A DNA stretch of 64,000 bases from a virus. The stretch spans positions 32,001 to 96,000 of the IMG/VR virus record IMGVR_UViG_3300047160_020099; one strand, given 5' to 3'. The notes beneath the pieces are model-generated. The model saw only the letters and a program-made list of their open reading frames with translations. It had not been told where the DNA came from and made no database searches. The translations under genes and the position numbers were made by a program. Numbering within the stretch: position 1 is the stretch's first letter; every line of letters starts with the position of its first letter. Shown here piece by piece: positions 8,787 through 19,200 of the stretch.

Positions 8787-11700
8787 ATGGCCACTATTGC
8801 CTATGTTACCGGTCAGACAACCGGAACCTCAGCGGCCAGTGCCGCGTCTGTTCAGACATTGGGGATGCCCAATCCCCCGACGGTGGGCAATGTAGTAGTC
8901 GCCTTTTGTGCTGCATCAGCAGGCGCTGCTGCTGTTTATTCGGTTACTGACAACGCCTCTCCTCCCAACACTTTCAATCTGCTGGGCTCATTCGCCTCTT
9001 CCAGCAACCGTGACTCGCTAATCTACGCCGCCTACATTGCCACCAGTACAGTCGGCGCCAACTCCTACAAAGTAACCTTCAGTGAAACAGGCGGCTCTGG
9101 TCCTGGCCTACGAGTCTCTGCGCTTGAGTTCTCTGGGGTGAAAATATCAGGTTCTGCGCCCGTACAGGACGGTAGCTCCGTGGGCGCTACTGGTACAAGT
9201 TCCGCTCCTGCACCAGGCAACATGACAGTCAGTGCCGGAGACCTGGTGTTGGGCGTTTCGATCAACAGCTCGGGAACCTATACGGGTCCAACCGGCTGGA
9301 CCCAGGCGATGAATACTAGCACGAACCCGGCTAGTGACGGGGAATACATCATCAATCCGGCCTCGCCCACGAATCCTACATGGGGTTTGAGTGGTAGCTT
9401 CAGCTGGTCGGCGGTACAGGCGGCTCTTCTTGCGGCCCCGAGCGTCGTTACTATAGGCGGTACGGGAGGTTCAGTAACAGGCAGCGATTCCAGCGGCACC
9501 TATGTCCCAACGTTGTCGGGTGGTTCCGTTGGTGGCAGCAGCCCTGCAGTTCCTGCCACTTACAACCCAGCACCTTCAGGCGGAGCGATAGACGGCTCTG
9601 ACGGTTCACCTATCGACGTCCCGGGAATCAAAGGCGGAACCCTGGACGGGTCTGGCATAGGAGCCACAGCCACTTACACTCCGGCTCCATCAGGGGGTGA
9701 CATAGTTGGTACCACCGCAAACGTGCCCAACGCTGCTGCTAGTGTTACGTTGCTGGGCCATACAACCGCTACCAACGCTAGTGCCACATCGCTTATCGTC
9801 AACCGTCCAACAGGCGCGACCGTAGCTGGCAACATTTTGCGAGCCACGTTTGCATCTGGTACAACTAACGGCTTCACACCCGGTACGCCAAGTGGCTGGA
9901 CTCGGGTGATAGCTAACAACCTGGACTCCAACAATTACCTGTACGTTTTCGAGAAGGTTACGGGCGCCTCGGAGCCCACAACATACACCTTTACCCAAGG
10001 TGGCGCTAACGACAATATGGCCGTGATCCTGGCGTGCTACGGCGGAGCTGCCAGTATATCGGAAGCCCAGGCGACCAATAACTCAGGGCTCCCTGGTGTT
10101 ACGCCAACGGCCAATAGCGTAACCACGTTAGGTACGAATCGTCTCCTGTGTAGTGACTTCCTTGCCGACGGTGCCACGACCATCAGTCCACAAGGCTCAA
10201 TGACCAGCGTTGCTGGCACCATAGCTGTAGGTGCTATCTCACTCAACTGTGCCTATGAAACCGTGGCAGCTTCTGGCAGTACAGGTACACGCACGGCCAG
10301 CTACAGTCCCATAAAGACCTGGGCCACTTCGGCAGACGCTCTTCCTCCCGGTGGTGGAACAACCGGTACTCAGGCCATCTACAATCCGCCTCCTTCGGGC
10401 GGTACGGTTGATGGCAGCCAGGCCAGTCCAGCCTGGACTGATACTCCAGTTCCTTCGGGTGGTGACATAGTTGGCACCACTGTCGGCACGCAGGCCACCT
10501 ACAATCCTGCTCCTTCAGGCGGTTCGCTTGATGGCAGCAAAGCCAGCCCAGCCTGGACTGACACTCAGACTCCGTCTGGCGGGTCGCTAACCGGCACTAC
10601 CGCTAACGTTCCCACTGTTCCCACTCCAGCTCTACGTAGCTCTTCGACGCAACACGGGAGTGCTACTTCTCTCACCGTTAACAAACCGGCAGGCACACAG
10701 TCCGGCGACTTGTTGAGAGCTGTCGTATCGGTGAGTCAAGTAGGTGGTAGCTTCCCAGCCACGCCAACTGGTTGGTCAGTTGACGTCTCTACCCAAGACT
10801 ATGTCGGGAACACCTACACCACAGCTTTCTGGAAGATAGCCGGATCAAGTGAACCTAGCACGTACACGTTCACTCAGCCAGGTGTGGCAGACCACATGAT
10901 GGTCATCCTGGCCGCCTATACTGGCATTTCGGCTGGGCCAGAAGCTCACGTTGGCAACTACAACATTGCCAGTACAACAACTGCCACGGCAAACGGTGTC
11001 ACTACGCTGGGTGCATACCGGCTGCTTTGCTGCGACTTCATGCCCACTACAGCAGTCTCCATAACACCACAAGCTTCCATGACCAGTGTGGCGGGCACGG
11101 TCACGGAAGGTTACGCAATGAACTGTGCCTTCGAGATCGTGCCGGCAACGGGGGTTACTGGAAGCCGTACAGCCACACTCGGCTCAGCTTCGTCTAGCTC
11201 TGAAATCTCAAGTGCCTTCCCGCCCACCGGAGTTCCTTCGACTGGTACTCAGGCTACTTACAACCCAGCACCTGCTGGCGGCACGATCGATGGCAGTCAG
11301 GCCAGTCCGGCTGGAACGGACATTCAAACGCCGACTGGTGGAGACGTGATTGGCACTGTTGCCGACACTCCAACCATCTACAACCCGCCTCCTTCCGGCG
11401 GCTCACTTGATGGCAGCCAGGCCGATATAGCCAAGACCACTACGCCAGTACCGGCTGGTGGCACTCTTGATGGCTCACAAGCCGACGTATCTAGCAGCTA
11501 CGTGCCGACAGCAACCGGCGGCAGTTTGACAGGGTCTCAGGAAACATTGACCTTGCTGCCAGCACCGCAAGGGGGCAGCTCTGTTAGCTCACAAGCCAAT
11601 ACACCCAGCAGTTACGTACCAAAAGCTACTGGCGGTGGTTTGGAAGGAAGCGAAGCTGGCGTTGGTTCTGTTCCTCCAGTAATAGCTAGTGGCGGCAGTT

Positions 11701-12887
11701 TGGCTGGGTCTCAGGCAGCGACAACCTTGCTTCCAACGCTACAAGGTGGCGACCTTGCTGGAAGCCAGGCTGACGTGTCCAGCATTCCGCTGGTAACAGC
11801 TACCGGTGGTAGCCTGACAGGTTCTCAAGCACCACCGACTTTGCTTCCTGCACCGCAAGGTGGTAGTGCTGTCGGCAGCCAGGCCAACACAACCGGTACT
11901 TTGATAACACCCTCTGGCGGTGGTGTGGAAGGTTCCCAGGCTGACGAATCGAGTACTGCTCCTCCAGTCGTGGCTGTCGGCGGTAGTTTGACGGGGTCTC
12001 AAGGAACGATAACCTTGTTTCCGCCAACGCAAGGTGGAGAACTTGCTGGAAGCCAGGCTGGCGCTTTGACAACTGTTCCAACAACAGGCGGAACTGCAGA
12101 GGGTAGCACTGCGGCCGGTACGACAACTACGCCCACTGCAACGGGCGGCGGCCTTGACGGCTCACAAGCAGACAGTGGCCCGATTACAGCCCCTATCGCG
12201 ACAGGTGGCACTTCTGCTGGAAGTACAACAGCTCCAGGCACGGTTCCTGGAATATCAGGCGGTACGGTGGCTGGCAGCGTGGCTCAGCAGCTGCAAACGG
12301 CCAATCCACCACCTACCGGTGGAACAATAGCCGGCTCCTACGCCGATGCTGGTAGACCGGCCATCTACGTCATACCCATAGGCGGCACGATCACTGGCGC
12401 AATGAGTAGTCCAGCGGCCACTTATCCGTTGTCGGCCAAGGGAGGCGCTGTAACTGGTGGTACCGCTACTTCACCTTCTACCTTCGTGTCGAGGCCTACT
12501 GGTGGCGGGCTAACCAGCGGAATCAGTGACTGGATAATCATCAGAGTGAGCTTCCCCGAGGGTGGTTCGCTTGTCGGTAGTACGGCGAACGCCATCTCGG
12601 AGATTATTGCGGCCGGTGGAGGCGGTGGACTTACTGGCGGACAGGCCAGCTCCTTCCTGGTCGTGCAAGCTCACGGTGGTACGCTAGAGGGTGGTATTGT
12701 CACCCCGATCTTGCTGGTCACTCCACACGGAGGAAGCGTAGACGGCTCGCGAGTGGTAACGCACGGCCTGGTAATCATGCCAACTCGCGGTGGAAGCATA
12801 GTGGGCGGTCTGATGATGGTCATGATTCCGCCGCGCGGTACAGGCGCTGGAATTTTTATGGCCCCGGTAGAGTCCGTCTTCACATGA
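8787..12887 (+). CDS. Large S/T/G/P-rich virion fibre or decoration protein with ~19-aa GGxxxGS repeats and two related globular inserts
   Basis: Dozens of PxGGxxxGSQA units; two copies of SATSL.VN.P.G...G..LRA...P.GW...K..G.SEP.TYTFTQ. Confidence 0.8.
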   Translation: MATIAYVTGQTTGTSAASAASVQTLGMPNPPTVGNVVVAFCAASAGAAAVYSVTDNASPPNTFNLLGSFASSSNRDSLIYAAYIATSTVGANSYKVTFSETGGSGPGLRVSALEFSGVKISGSAPVQDGSSVGATGTSSAPAPGNMTVSAGDLVLGVSINSSGTYTGPTGWTQAMNTSTNPASDGEYIINPASPTNPTWGLSGSFSWSAVQAALLAAPSVVTIGGTGGSVTGSDSSGTYVPTLSGGSVGGSSPAVPATYNPAPSGGAIDGSDGSPIDVPGIKGGTLDGSGIGATATYTPAPSGGDIVGTTANVPNAAASVTLLGHTTATNASATSLIVNRPTGATVAGNILRATFASGTTNGFTPGTPSGWTRVIANNLDSNNYLYVFEKVTGASEPTTYTFTQGGANDNMAVILACYGGAASISEAQATNNSGLPGVTPTANSVTTLGTNRLLCSDFLADGATTISPQGSMTSVAGTIAVGAISLNCAYETVAASGSTGTRTASYSPIKTWATSADALPPGGGTTGTQAIYNPPPSGGTVDGSQASPAWTDTPVPSGGDIVGTTVGTQATYNPAPSGGSLDGSKASPAWTDTQTPSGGSLTGTTANVPTVPTPALRSSSTQHGSATSLTVNKPAGTQSGDLLRAVVSVSQVGGSFPATPTGWSVDVSTQDYVGNTYTTAFWKIAGSSEPSTYTFTQPGVADHMMVILAAYTGISAGPEAHVGNYNIASTTTATANGVTTLGAYRLLCCDFMPTTAVSITPQASMTSVAGTVTEGYAMNCAFEIVPATGVTGSRTATLGSASSSSEISSAFPPTGVPSTGTQATYNPAPAGGTIDGSQASPAGTDIQTPTGGDVIGTVADTPTIYNPPPSGGSLDGSQADIAKTTTPVPAGGTLDGSQADVSSSYVPTATGGSLTGSQETLTLLPAPQGGSSVSSQANTPSSYVPKATGGGLEGSEAGVGSVPPVIASGGSLAGSQAATTLLPTLQGGDLAGSQADVSSIPLVTATGGSLTGSQAPPTLLPAPQGGSAVGSQANTTGTLITPSGGGVEGSQADESSTAPPVVAVGGSLTGSQGTITLFPPTQGGELAGSQAGALTTVPTTGGTAEGSTAAGTTTTPTATGGGLDGSQADSGPITAPIATGGTSAGSTTAPGTVPGISGGTVAGSVAQQLQTANPPPTGGTIAGSYADAGRPAIYVIPIGGTITGAMSSPAATYPLSAKGGAVTGGTATSPSTFVSRPTGGGLTSGISDWIIIRVSFPEGGSLVGSTANAISEIIAAGGGGGLTGGQASSFLVVQAHGGTLEGGIVTPILLVTPHGGSVDGSRVVTHGLVIMPTRGGSIVGGLMMVMIPPRGTGAGIFMAPVESVFT

Positions 12888-12894
12888 GGCGGCC

Positions 12895-13563
12895 ATGCAG
12901 CTGATCAAAACTGTCACGCCGAACGTGAACATCAGCGCTGAAGCGCAGGTGCTGCTCTACACCTACACGGGCAGCGATCCGGTGGAGGTCATTGCTCGCG
13001 TTGATCTCGGTGACTCCATCAAGCCCATCATCGGTGGCGGCAGTTACGTGGTGAACTTCTACGTCAACAACGTTCTGCTGACCCCGGTCACGGTAGATCA
13101 GGTGCCGTCAGGACAGACACGGACGATCCTGGTCAGCCGGCCGGTCCCGCTTTACACCAGCGACACGGTCTCCTTGACAGTGGTTGGGCAACCGGCTGAC
13201 ACGTCGGTGAACATAACGGCCAGCCTGCGTACCTCGACACCGTTGCAGATAACCGATGTCTACGGCACCGGTCCTACGGCCGTGGACCAGAACTACGGTG
13301 GCCCCAATACCCTGGCTTACCAGACTTCGACGGGTGGTGGGATCGTCGGCGCAACGGTGCTGGCCTACCTGACTACCGACTACAATGCCGGGCGTCGTGG
13401 ACAAGCGTACGCACAAGGGCGCACCGTTACGATTGCTGGCGGAGCCTGGCAGGAACCGATTTACCTGACGCCTGGCGCTGGCGGTGGCGGCGCCGGCAAC
13501 TACACGCTCGTGTACTACCTGCAGAACCAGTACGGCACGGACACGATAACCATCACGGTCTGA
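12895..13563 (+). CDS. Putative structural protein
   Basis: Beta-rich composition; in the structural operon; GAGG RBS. Confidence 0.75.
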   Translation: MQLIKTVTPNVNISAEAQVLLYTYTGSDPVEVIARVDLGDSIKPIIGGGSYVVNFYVNNVLLTPVTVDQVPSGQTRTILVSRPVPLYTSDTVSLTVVGQPADTSVNITASLRTSTPLQITDVYGTGPTAVDQNYGGPNTLAYQTSTGGGIVGATVLAYLTTDYNAGRRGQAYAQGRTVTIAGGAWQEPIYLTPGAGGGGAGNYTLVYYLQNQYGTDTITITV

Positions 13564-13575
13564 CCAGGAGGCACC

Positions 13576-14499
13576 ATGCCCGTAATCGGCACCCCGGTAC
13601 AGACGCCGACCATTCCTGGTCAAGGCACTGGGCTTGGTCAATTGACCATCGTCCCCACCTTGACGCAGGTCGAAGGTTCGTCCGTTCCCGCCAAGATCCA
13701 GGGCATTCAAGTTGTCCAGGGACAGCTCGCGACTGTTTCCTGGACGATGAAGGACCGCAATGGCGATCCGGTCGATCTGACCAACGTCAGCGGCGGCACA
13801 GTCAATCTGATCATCCGCGAGTCCATGTCGCTGGACGGCCAGGTAGACGCCGGTACGCTTCTTGTGGGCAGCATCGTCAACGCCACGGCCGGGCAGGTTC
13901 AGGCCACGCTCACCGCTGACGTGACCTACGCTCCTGGCATTTCAGTGGCCGAGTTCGGGATCTTCCTGAACAACGCACTCGTCTTCACGAACTGGTTTTA
14001 CCTGATCGTTGAGCCCAGCCAGTCCGGCTTCCTGCTTGGCGAGCGGCTGACCATGCAAGGGCCGCCGAGCATGGCCGAGATCCGGTTGCATCTGCGGGAC
14101 GTGGACCCAGGCGGGAACCTGTGGATGGGTACCTACGAGTGGGATCTGGCAGAGATTGCAGCCTGCATCGTCCGACCTATCCAGCAGTTCAACGAGGCAC
14201 CGCCGCCCATAACCAGGACGTACACCACGGCAACCTTCCCGTGGCGGCACAACTGGCTGAACGCTATCTGCGGCAACCTCATGCGAATCTCGGCCGACTG
14301 GTACCGGCGTGTCCATTTGCCTTACCAGGGCGGCGGGTTGGCCATCGATGACAAAAATAAGTTCCAGCAGTACGACGCGAGAGGGAAAGAATTGCAGGAT
14401 GAGTGGAAGACGTGGACCCAGTGGAAACGAGTGCAGCTCAATGCTGACGAGGCATATCAGACAATGGGGAGCAGCTATAGTAATTTTGGCTGGTACTGA
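13576..14499 (+). CDS. Putative head-tail adaptor (neck) protein with N-terminal BppU/Ig-like domain
   Basis: D.NGDPVDLT...ATAGQV N-domain; C-domain FNEAPP...Y.GGGL.IDDK; position before closure and terminator genes. Confidence 0.65.
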   Translation: MPVIGTPVQTPTIPGQGTGLGQLTIVPTLTQVEGSSVPAKIQGIQVVQGQLATVSWTMKDRNGDPVDLTNVSGGTVNLIIRESMSLDGQVDAGTLLVGSIVNATAGQVQATLTADVTYAPGISVAEFGIFLNNALVFTNWFYLIVEPSQSGFLLGERLTMQGPPSMAEIRLHLRDVDPGGNLWMGTYEWDLAEIAACIVRPIQQFNEAPPPITRTYTTATFPWRHNWLNAICGNLMRISADWYRRVHLPYQGGGLAIDDKNKFQQYDARGKELQDEWKTWTQWKRVQLNADEAYQTMGSSYSNFGWY

Positions 14500-14510
14500 G
14501 CCATGGCCTG

Positions 14511-14524
14511 AATATTGGAATACT
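14511..14524. repeat. Dispersed palindrome variant AATATTGGAATACT
   Basis: One mismatch; intergenic, ending 1 nt before the ATG at 14526. Confidence 0.65.
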
Positions 14525-14525
14525 C

Positions 14526-15359
14526 ATGCCGGCGTCACCGTTCGTACCCTACAATCCGATCACGCGTGTAGTCGTGGACTACTCGATGCGTGGCAAGGCC
14601 ACGATCTCGTGGGAGCTCTGTCCACACTTCTTCGAAACGGAGCCGTGGTCCTTCCAGGTGCAGGTCGCCGACAGCCAGCTTCCTACGGCCGCCTGGACCA
14701 ACGTCGGTAACCCTGTGGTCGGCACGTTGACCACATCCATACAGGACACCACGCTCCGTCTGCCGGCCGGCAAGGAGCCGCAGCTCTTCTACCGTGTCGT
14801 TGTCACAACCAGCACACCGAACACATACATCTCCCCGGTAGCCAACGTGCTTGGCGATCTGCCGAAGTTCCTGTGGCTGAAGTACCAGGAGCTGCTCCGC
14901 AAGGAACTGCTTATGTTGTCCCGCCATCACGTCGGCGGCAACGAGGGCATCCTGCTGCGAGCCAAGCGCTCGGGGCAGCCGTGTACTGCCTGCACCGATC
15001 CCAACACCGAGGAGCAGACGGACGCACAGTGCCCCACCTGCTTCGGCCAGCGTTTCGTCGGTGGTTACTACCAGGCACAGGCCAAGGTATATTTCGACAA
15101 CCAGCCGTTGAGTCGTTACCAGCTCCTTGACCTGCAAAATCGTGGCAACGTCAACGACGCAACGGTCTTCATGGGTCGCAGTGCCGGCTATCCGCTTCTG
15201 AGCACCTACGACATCTGGATCGACAAGACGTCTGACATCCGCTACTTCATCCACAAGGTGGACACGTTGTACCATGTACGTATGGTGCCTGTTGCACACC
15301 AGATATCGTTGAAGCTGATCCCGTTCGACTCGATCATCTATCTGTTCCCAACCTCATGA
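14526..15359 (+). CDS. Putative head-closure (neck) protein with zinc-finger insert
   Basis: GQPCTAC.D......CPTCFG..FVGGYY pattern; gene order. Confidence 0.65.
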   Translation: MPASPFVPYNPITRVVVDYSMRGKATISWELCPHFFETEPWSFQVQVADSQLPTAAWTNVGNPVVGTLTTSIQDTTLRLPAGKEPQLFYRVVVTTSTPNTYISPVANVLGDLPKFLWLKYQELLRKELLMLSRHHVGGNEGILLRAKRSGQPCTACTDPNTEEQTDAQCPTCFGQRFVGGYYQAQAKVYFDNQPLSRYQLLDLQNRGNVNDATVFMGRSAGYPLLSTYDIWIDKTSDIRYFIHKVDTLYHVRMVPVAHQISLKLIPFDSIIYLFPTS

Positions 15360-15366
15360 GGCGGCC

Positions 15367-15552
15367 ATGGACAAACCCGCCAGAGACGTGCGAGCCGACG
15401 AAGCTGTCAAGAACCCATTCATCCGCAAGATCAAGGACCTTGGTGAGTTTGTCCCTGACCAGAACGCCATCGACGTGGCGGCATCGACGGATGAGGGGGC
15501 CGTGGTGTCAGCCTTGCGACGGAAGCTCAGGGTCGGCGAGGACGTCCGGTAA
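15367..15552 (+). CDS. Small hypothetical protein
   Basis: GAGG RBS; fills the gap; TAATG overlap with next gene. Confidence 0.65.
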   Translation: MDKPARDVRADEAVKNPFIRKIKDLGEFVPDQNAIDVAASTDEGAVVSALRRKLRVGEDVR

Positions 15553-16178
15553 TGGTCTATCCGCAGTTCGACAGCAACTGGGTCAGTCTGCTCTGTACTG
15601 CCGGCCCTCGCCCACTCATTACTACGGGTTGGTTACGCCTGTGGCTGACCGGCCACTTTCAACTGGCCAACCTGGAGGATCAGTCCCAGGCCGTCCAGCA
15701 CATGCTCTGGACCCCGGTCTCCACGACCGGGATCATGATCGAGAGCATTACGCGCTGGCTTCCGGAGATGACCGAAAAACGCCCGGCGGTTATTATCAAG
15801 AGGAACCCCTGGAAGAGGATTCGGCTGGGCATCGGCGACAAAATGCTGGGCCTGACGGAACTCGATGGGCAGGGTGTATACGCCAACGCCTGGCAAGGCA
15901 GTCACACGTTATTCTGTATCACAGGGAAAGGCGCTGAGACCGAACTGCTGGCAGCCGAAGTCTACCGGGAGATGAATGAGTTTGGCCCGGTCTTCCGCGA
16001 AGTTCTCGACCTGTTGCGGTTCGAAGTCTCAGAAGTCGGCGACCTGATGATACTGGACGAAGCAAGGCAGAATTTCGTTGTCCCGATCGTTGTTGCCTAT
16101 GCATTCGTCGAAGGCTGGCGTATCAGGCGGGAAGTGCCGGTACTCAAGACGGCGTCGGTTACTTTACTGACGCCTTGA
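15552..16178 (+). CDS. Putative tail terminator or completion protein
   Basis: RPAVIIKR motif; immediately upstream of sheath. Confidence 0.6.
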   Translation: MVYPQFDSNWVSLLCTAGPRPLITTGWLRLWLTGHFQLANLEDQSQAVQHMLWTPVSTTGIMIESITRWLPEMTEKRPAVIIKRNPWKRIRLGIGDKMLGLTELDGQGVYANAWQGSHTLFCITGKGAETELLAAEVYREMNEFGPVFREVLDLLRFEVSEVGDLMILDEARQNFVVPIVVAYAFVEGWRIRREVPVLKTASVTLLTP

Positions 16179-16207
16179 CAAGTCAACGGGACACGGAGGT
16201 CCGATAA

Positions 16208-19200
16208 ATGCCTTCCCTCGTTCTGGACCAGGCCACGGTCTTCAAGGAGTTCACCGACAACATCCCGGTGGATATCTACGGCTCGTTGCGAAGCCATGTT
16301 TGCGGCGGCCACGCGGCACTGCACCGCTACAAAGCACCAGCTGAAAAGCCGACGATCGCGCTGGGTGCCTACAACTCGGTTCAAAACCAGGCCTACGCCT
16401 GGCCCGGTCTCGTCTCGCCGACGTCCGTCATCGACCTGTCCTACTTCCAGCTCTTCATCGACAACGCGTACCTCCAGTACTACCAGGACCTGATCGGTAG
16501 CGGCGACACCATCGCACCGGTTACCAACTTCCCCAATCGCATCCGGGCTCTGGCTACCAACTGGGTGGCCAATGGTACTTCGTACCCGCGTGCTGCCGGT
16601 CTGTTTGACCGCGACGTTCGCATCGGTGACTGGATCTACTTGTCGGGCGGTGGTGACACACTCTGGACTTCGGTTGCCTCGATCCTGCCAGACTCCCTCT
16701 CCGGTACAGTCGGCTCGGCTTCTGGCGACCCCGGCAACTACGGCAGCCAATCTGCCAGCACTACCTCGTCGCAGACTGGCGGTTCGAGCAACTACATCAG
16801 TCTGTCGTCAATCACGGGGACCTATTACGACGGTTCGCCTACAGGAGACCTGTCTGAAACCTACACCCTGGTCGTGACAACGGCTTCGACTGGTGGTGAT
16901 GCGACGCTGGCTCGCTTCAGCGTGGCTAGCGCCTCTGGTCGAGACAATGTTGCGTCGGTGCAGCCGGCTGCCTTTGGCACCGCCTTCGCCGTAGGCACTC
17001 GTGGGCTGCGGATCACGTTCACCAACACGAACACCGGCAACCCGCTAACCGGTGGTGCTACCCCGATCGACTTCATCGTCGGACAGACCTGGCAGGTTAC
17101 CGTTCTACAGGCCTGGACGCCACCAAACGCTACCAGCGGTGGAAGCTACATCGGAACCGCCAACCAGAAGTACATCGTGACCGTGACTCGCGGTGGACTT
17201 TACCAGGTCCAGCTGCCTATCACGGCACCAACAGCGACGCCTACCGTCAGCCCAACCGGCGGCGGACCAACCGGCGGTAACTTGCAGGCTGGCACCTATT
17301 ACGTCAAGTACACCTACGTCAACGCAATCGGTGAGACGACGCCCAGCCCGGAGTCCACACAGTTCACGGTTGCTACGGGCAACGTGCCACAAGTTACCTT
17401 GCCGGCGCTGCCGACAGGCGTGACGAGCATCAACCTGTATCTGACACCGACCAACGGTGCTTCGGGTACTGAGGTGCTTTACGCGACAAGCATCACGACA
17501 ACGACCTACAATCTTTCGGCCGCTGTCACACAGCAGCCGCCAACCAGCAACAACGCAATTGGTGTGGAGTCTGCACCAACGGTTGTGCCGACGGTCAATC
17601 CTACTGGTGGTGGTGCCACTGGCGGCGCCTTGCAGGCTGGCGTTTTCTACCTGAAGTACACCTATGTCAATGCGAACGGTGAAACCGCTCCAAGTCCTGA
17701 GTCGGCTGCGTTCACAGTGGCTTCTACCAACCAGCCACAGGTCACTTTGCCAGCTCTCCCAGCTGGTGTGACGAGCATTTCGCTCTACATCACGCCTCCG
17801 GGTGGTGCTTCTGGCGGTGAATGCATCCGGTACGCAACGGGTATTACAACCACGACGTACACCATGGCGACGGCTTCTATCAAGCTGCCGCCTACAACGA
17901 ACACCACATCCCCGTCTGTGACCAACCCGGCCTTTACGCCAACAGTCAGCGCGTCGGGTGGTGGTTCGTCCGGCGGCAAACTGCCGGCCGGTGTGTACTA
18001 CCTGAAGGTGACCTACACCGGAACGTCCGGTGAAACCCTTCCTGGGCCTGAATCCGCCTCGTTCACAGTCGTTGCTGGCGGCGTGCCACAGATCACCAAT
18101 GTCCCAACAGCGGCACCGACCAACGCGACCGGCTTCAATGTTTACCTGACGCCGGTTGGCAGTGCTTCCGGTTCCGAAGTCCTGTATTCCACCGCCAACG
18201 CTTTCCCGGGTGGTGGAACGTACAACCTGTCCACTGCCTTCCCAACTACGGCAGGCTCGCCGCCTGGCTCCAATACGACCAATCCGGCCGTCTCCAATCC
18301 GGCGACGACACCTACTGTCAACGTCACAGGCGGTGGTGCGAGTGGAGGTTTGCTGCCACCTGGTGCGTACTACGTCAAGTACACATACTCAGGCAAGGGT
18401 GGTGAGACTCAGGCAAGTTCGGAGTCCACACTCTTCACCGTTGCTGCCGGCAACATTCCGCAGGTCACTCTGCCGTCATTGCCGACCAACGTAACGGCCA
18501 TCAACCTGTACCTCACTCCTACAGGTGGTGCTTCCGGCAGTGAAATCTTGTATGCCCAGGGCATCACCACGGTGACCTACAACCTGGCGCTACCACTGCC
18601 GGTACAGACGCCACCGCCAGGGCCCAACACGGCGGCCACATTCTCGCTGAGCAATCCGTCTATTGCCCCAACGGTCAACGCGACAGGTGGTGGGACGACA
18701 GGCGGCAACCTCACTGCCGGTTCCTATCGACTGGACTACACCTGGGTTGGTGGAGTCAGCGGCGAGACGCTTAGCAGCGTAGAAGCGGCCTTCACGATCG
18801 GCGCCGGTAACATTCCCCAGGTCACCATTCCCAGCCTGCCAAACGGTGTGTCTGGGGCCAACATCTACTTGACCCAGCCGGGTGGTGCGGCTGGCTCGGA
18901 GACCAAGTTCCCGTCTGCGGTCAACCAGGCCGGGCCAACCATCAACCTGAACGCTTCTTCGACAAGCGGGTTGGTCGGCCGGCCGCCGACCACTACCACA
19001 GCCACGGCACTCGGTGCGAACCCCAGCCCACCGCAAGTGACAGTGACGACCAGCTCGGGGCTGGATTCGTCTGGGCCGACGAATGTCACCGCAGCGACGA
19101 CGAACGTTTCGATCGGCACGGAAGGCGTCTTGATGCAGTGGAGTGGTAATGGGCTTCGCAAGAGCGATCTTTACACACTCCAGGCCACTGAAGTCGCTCA

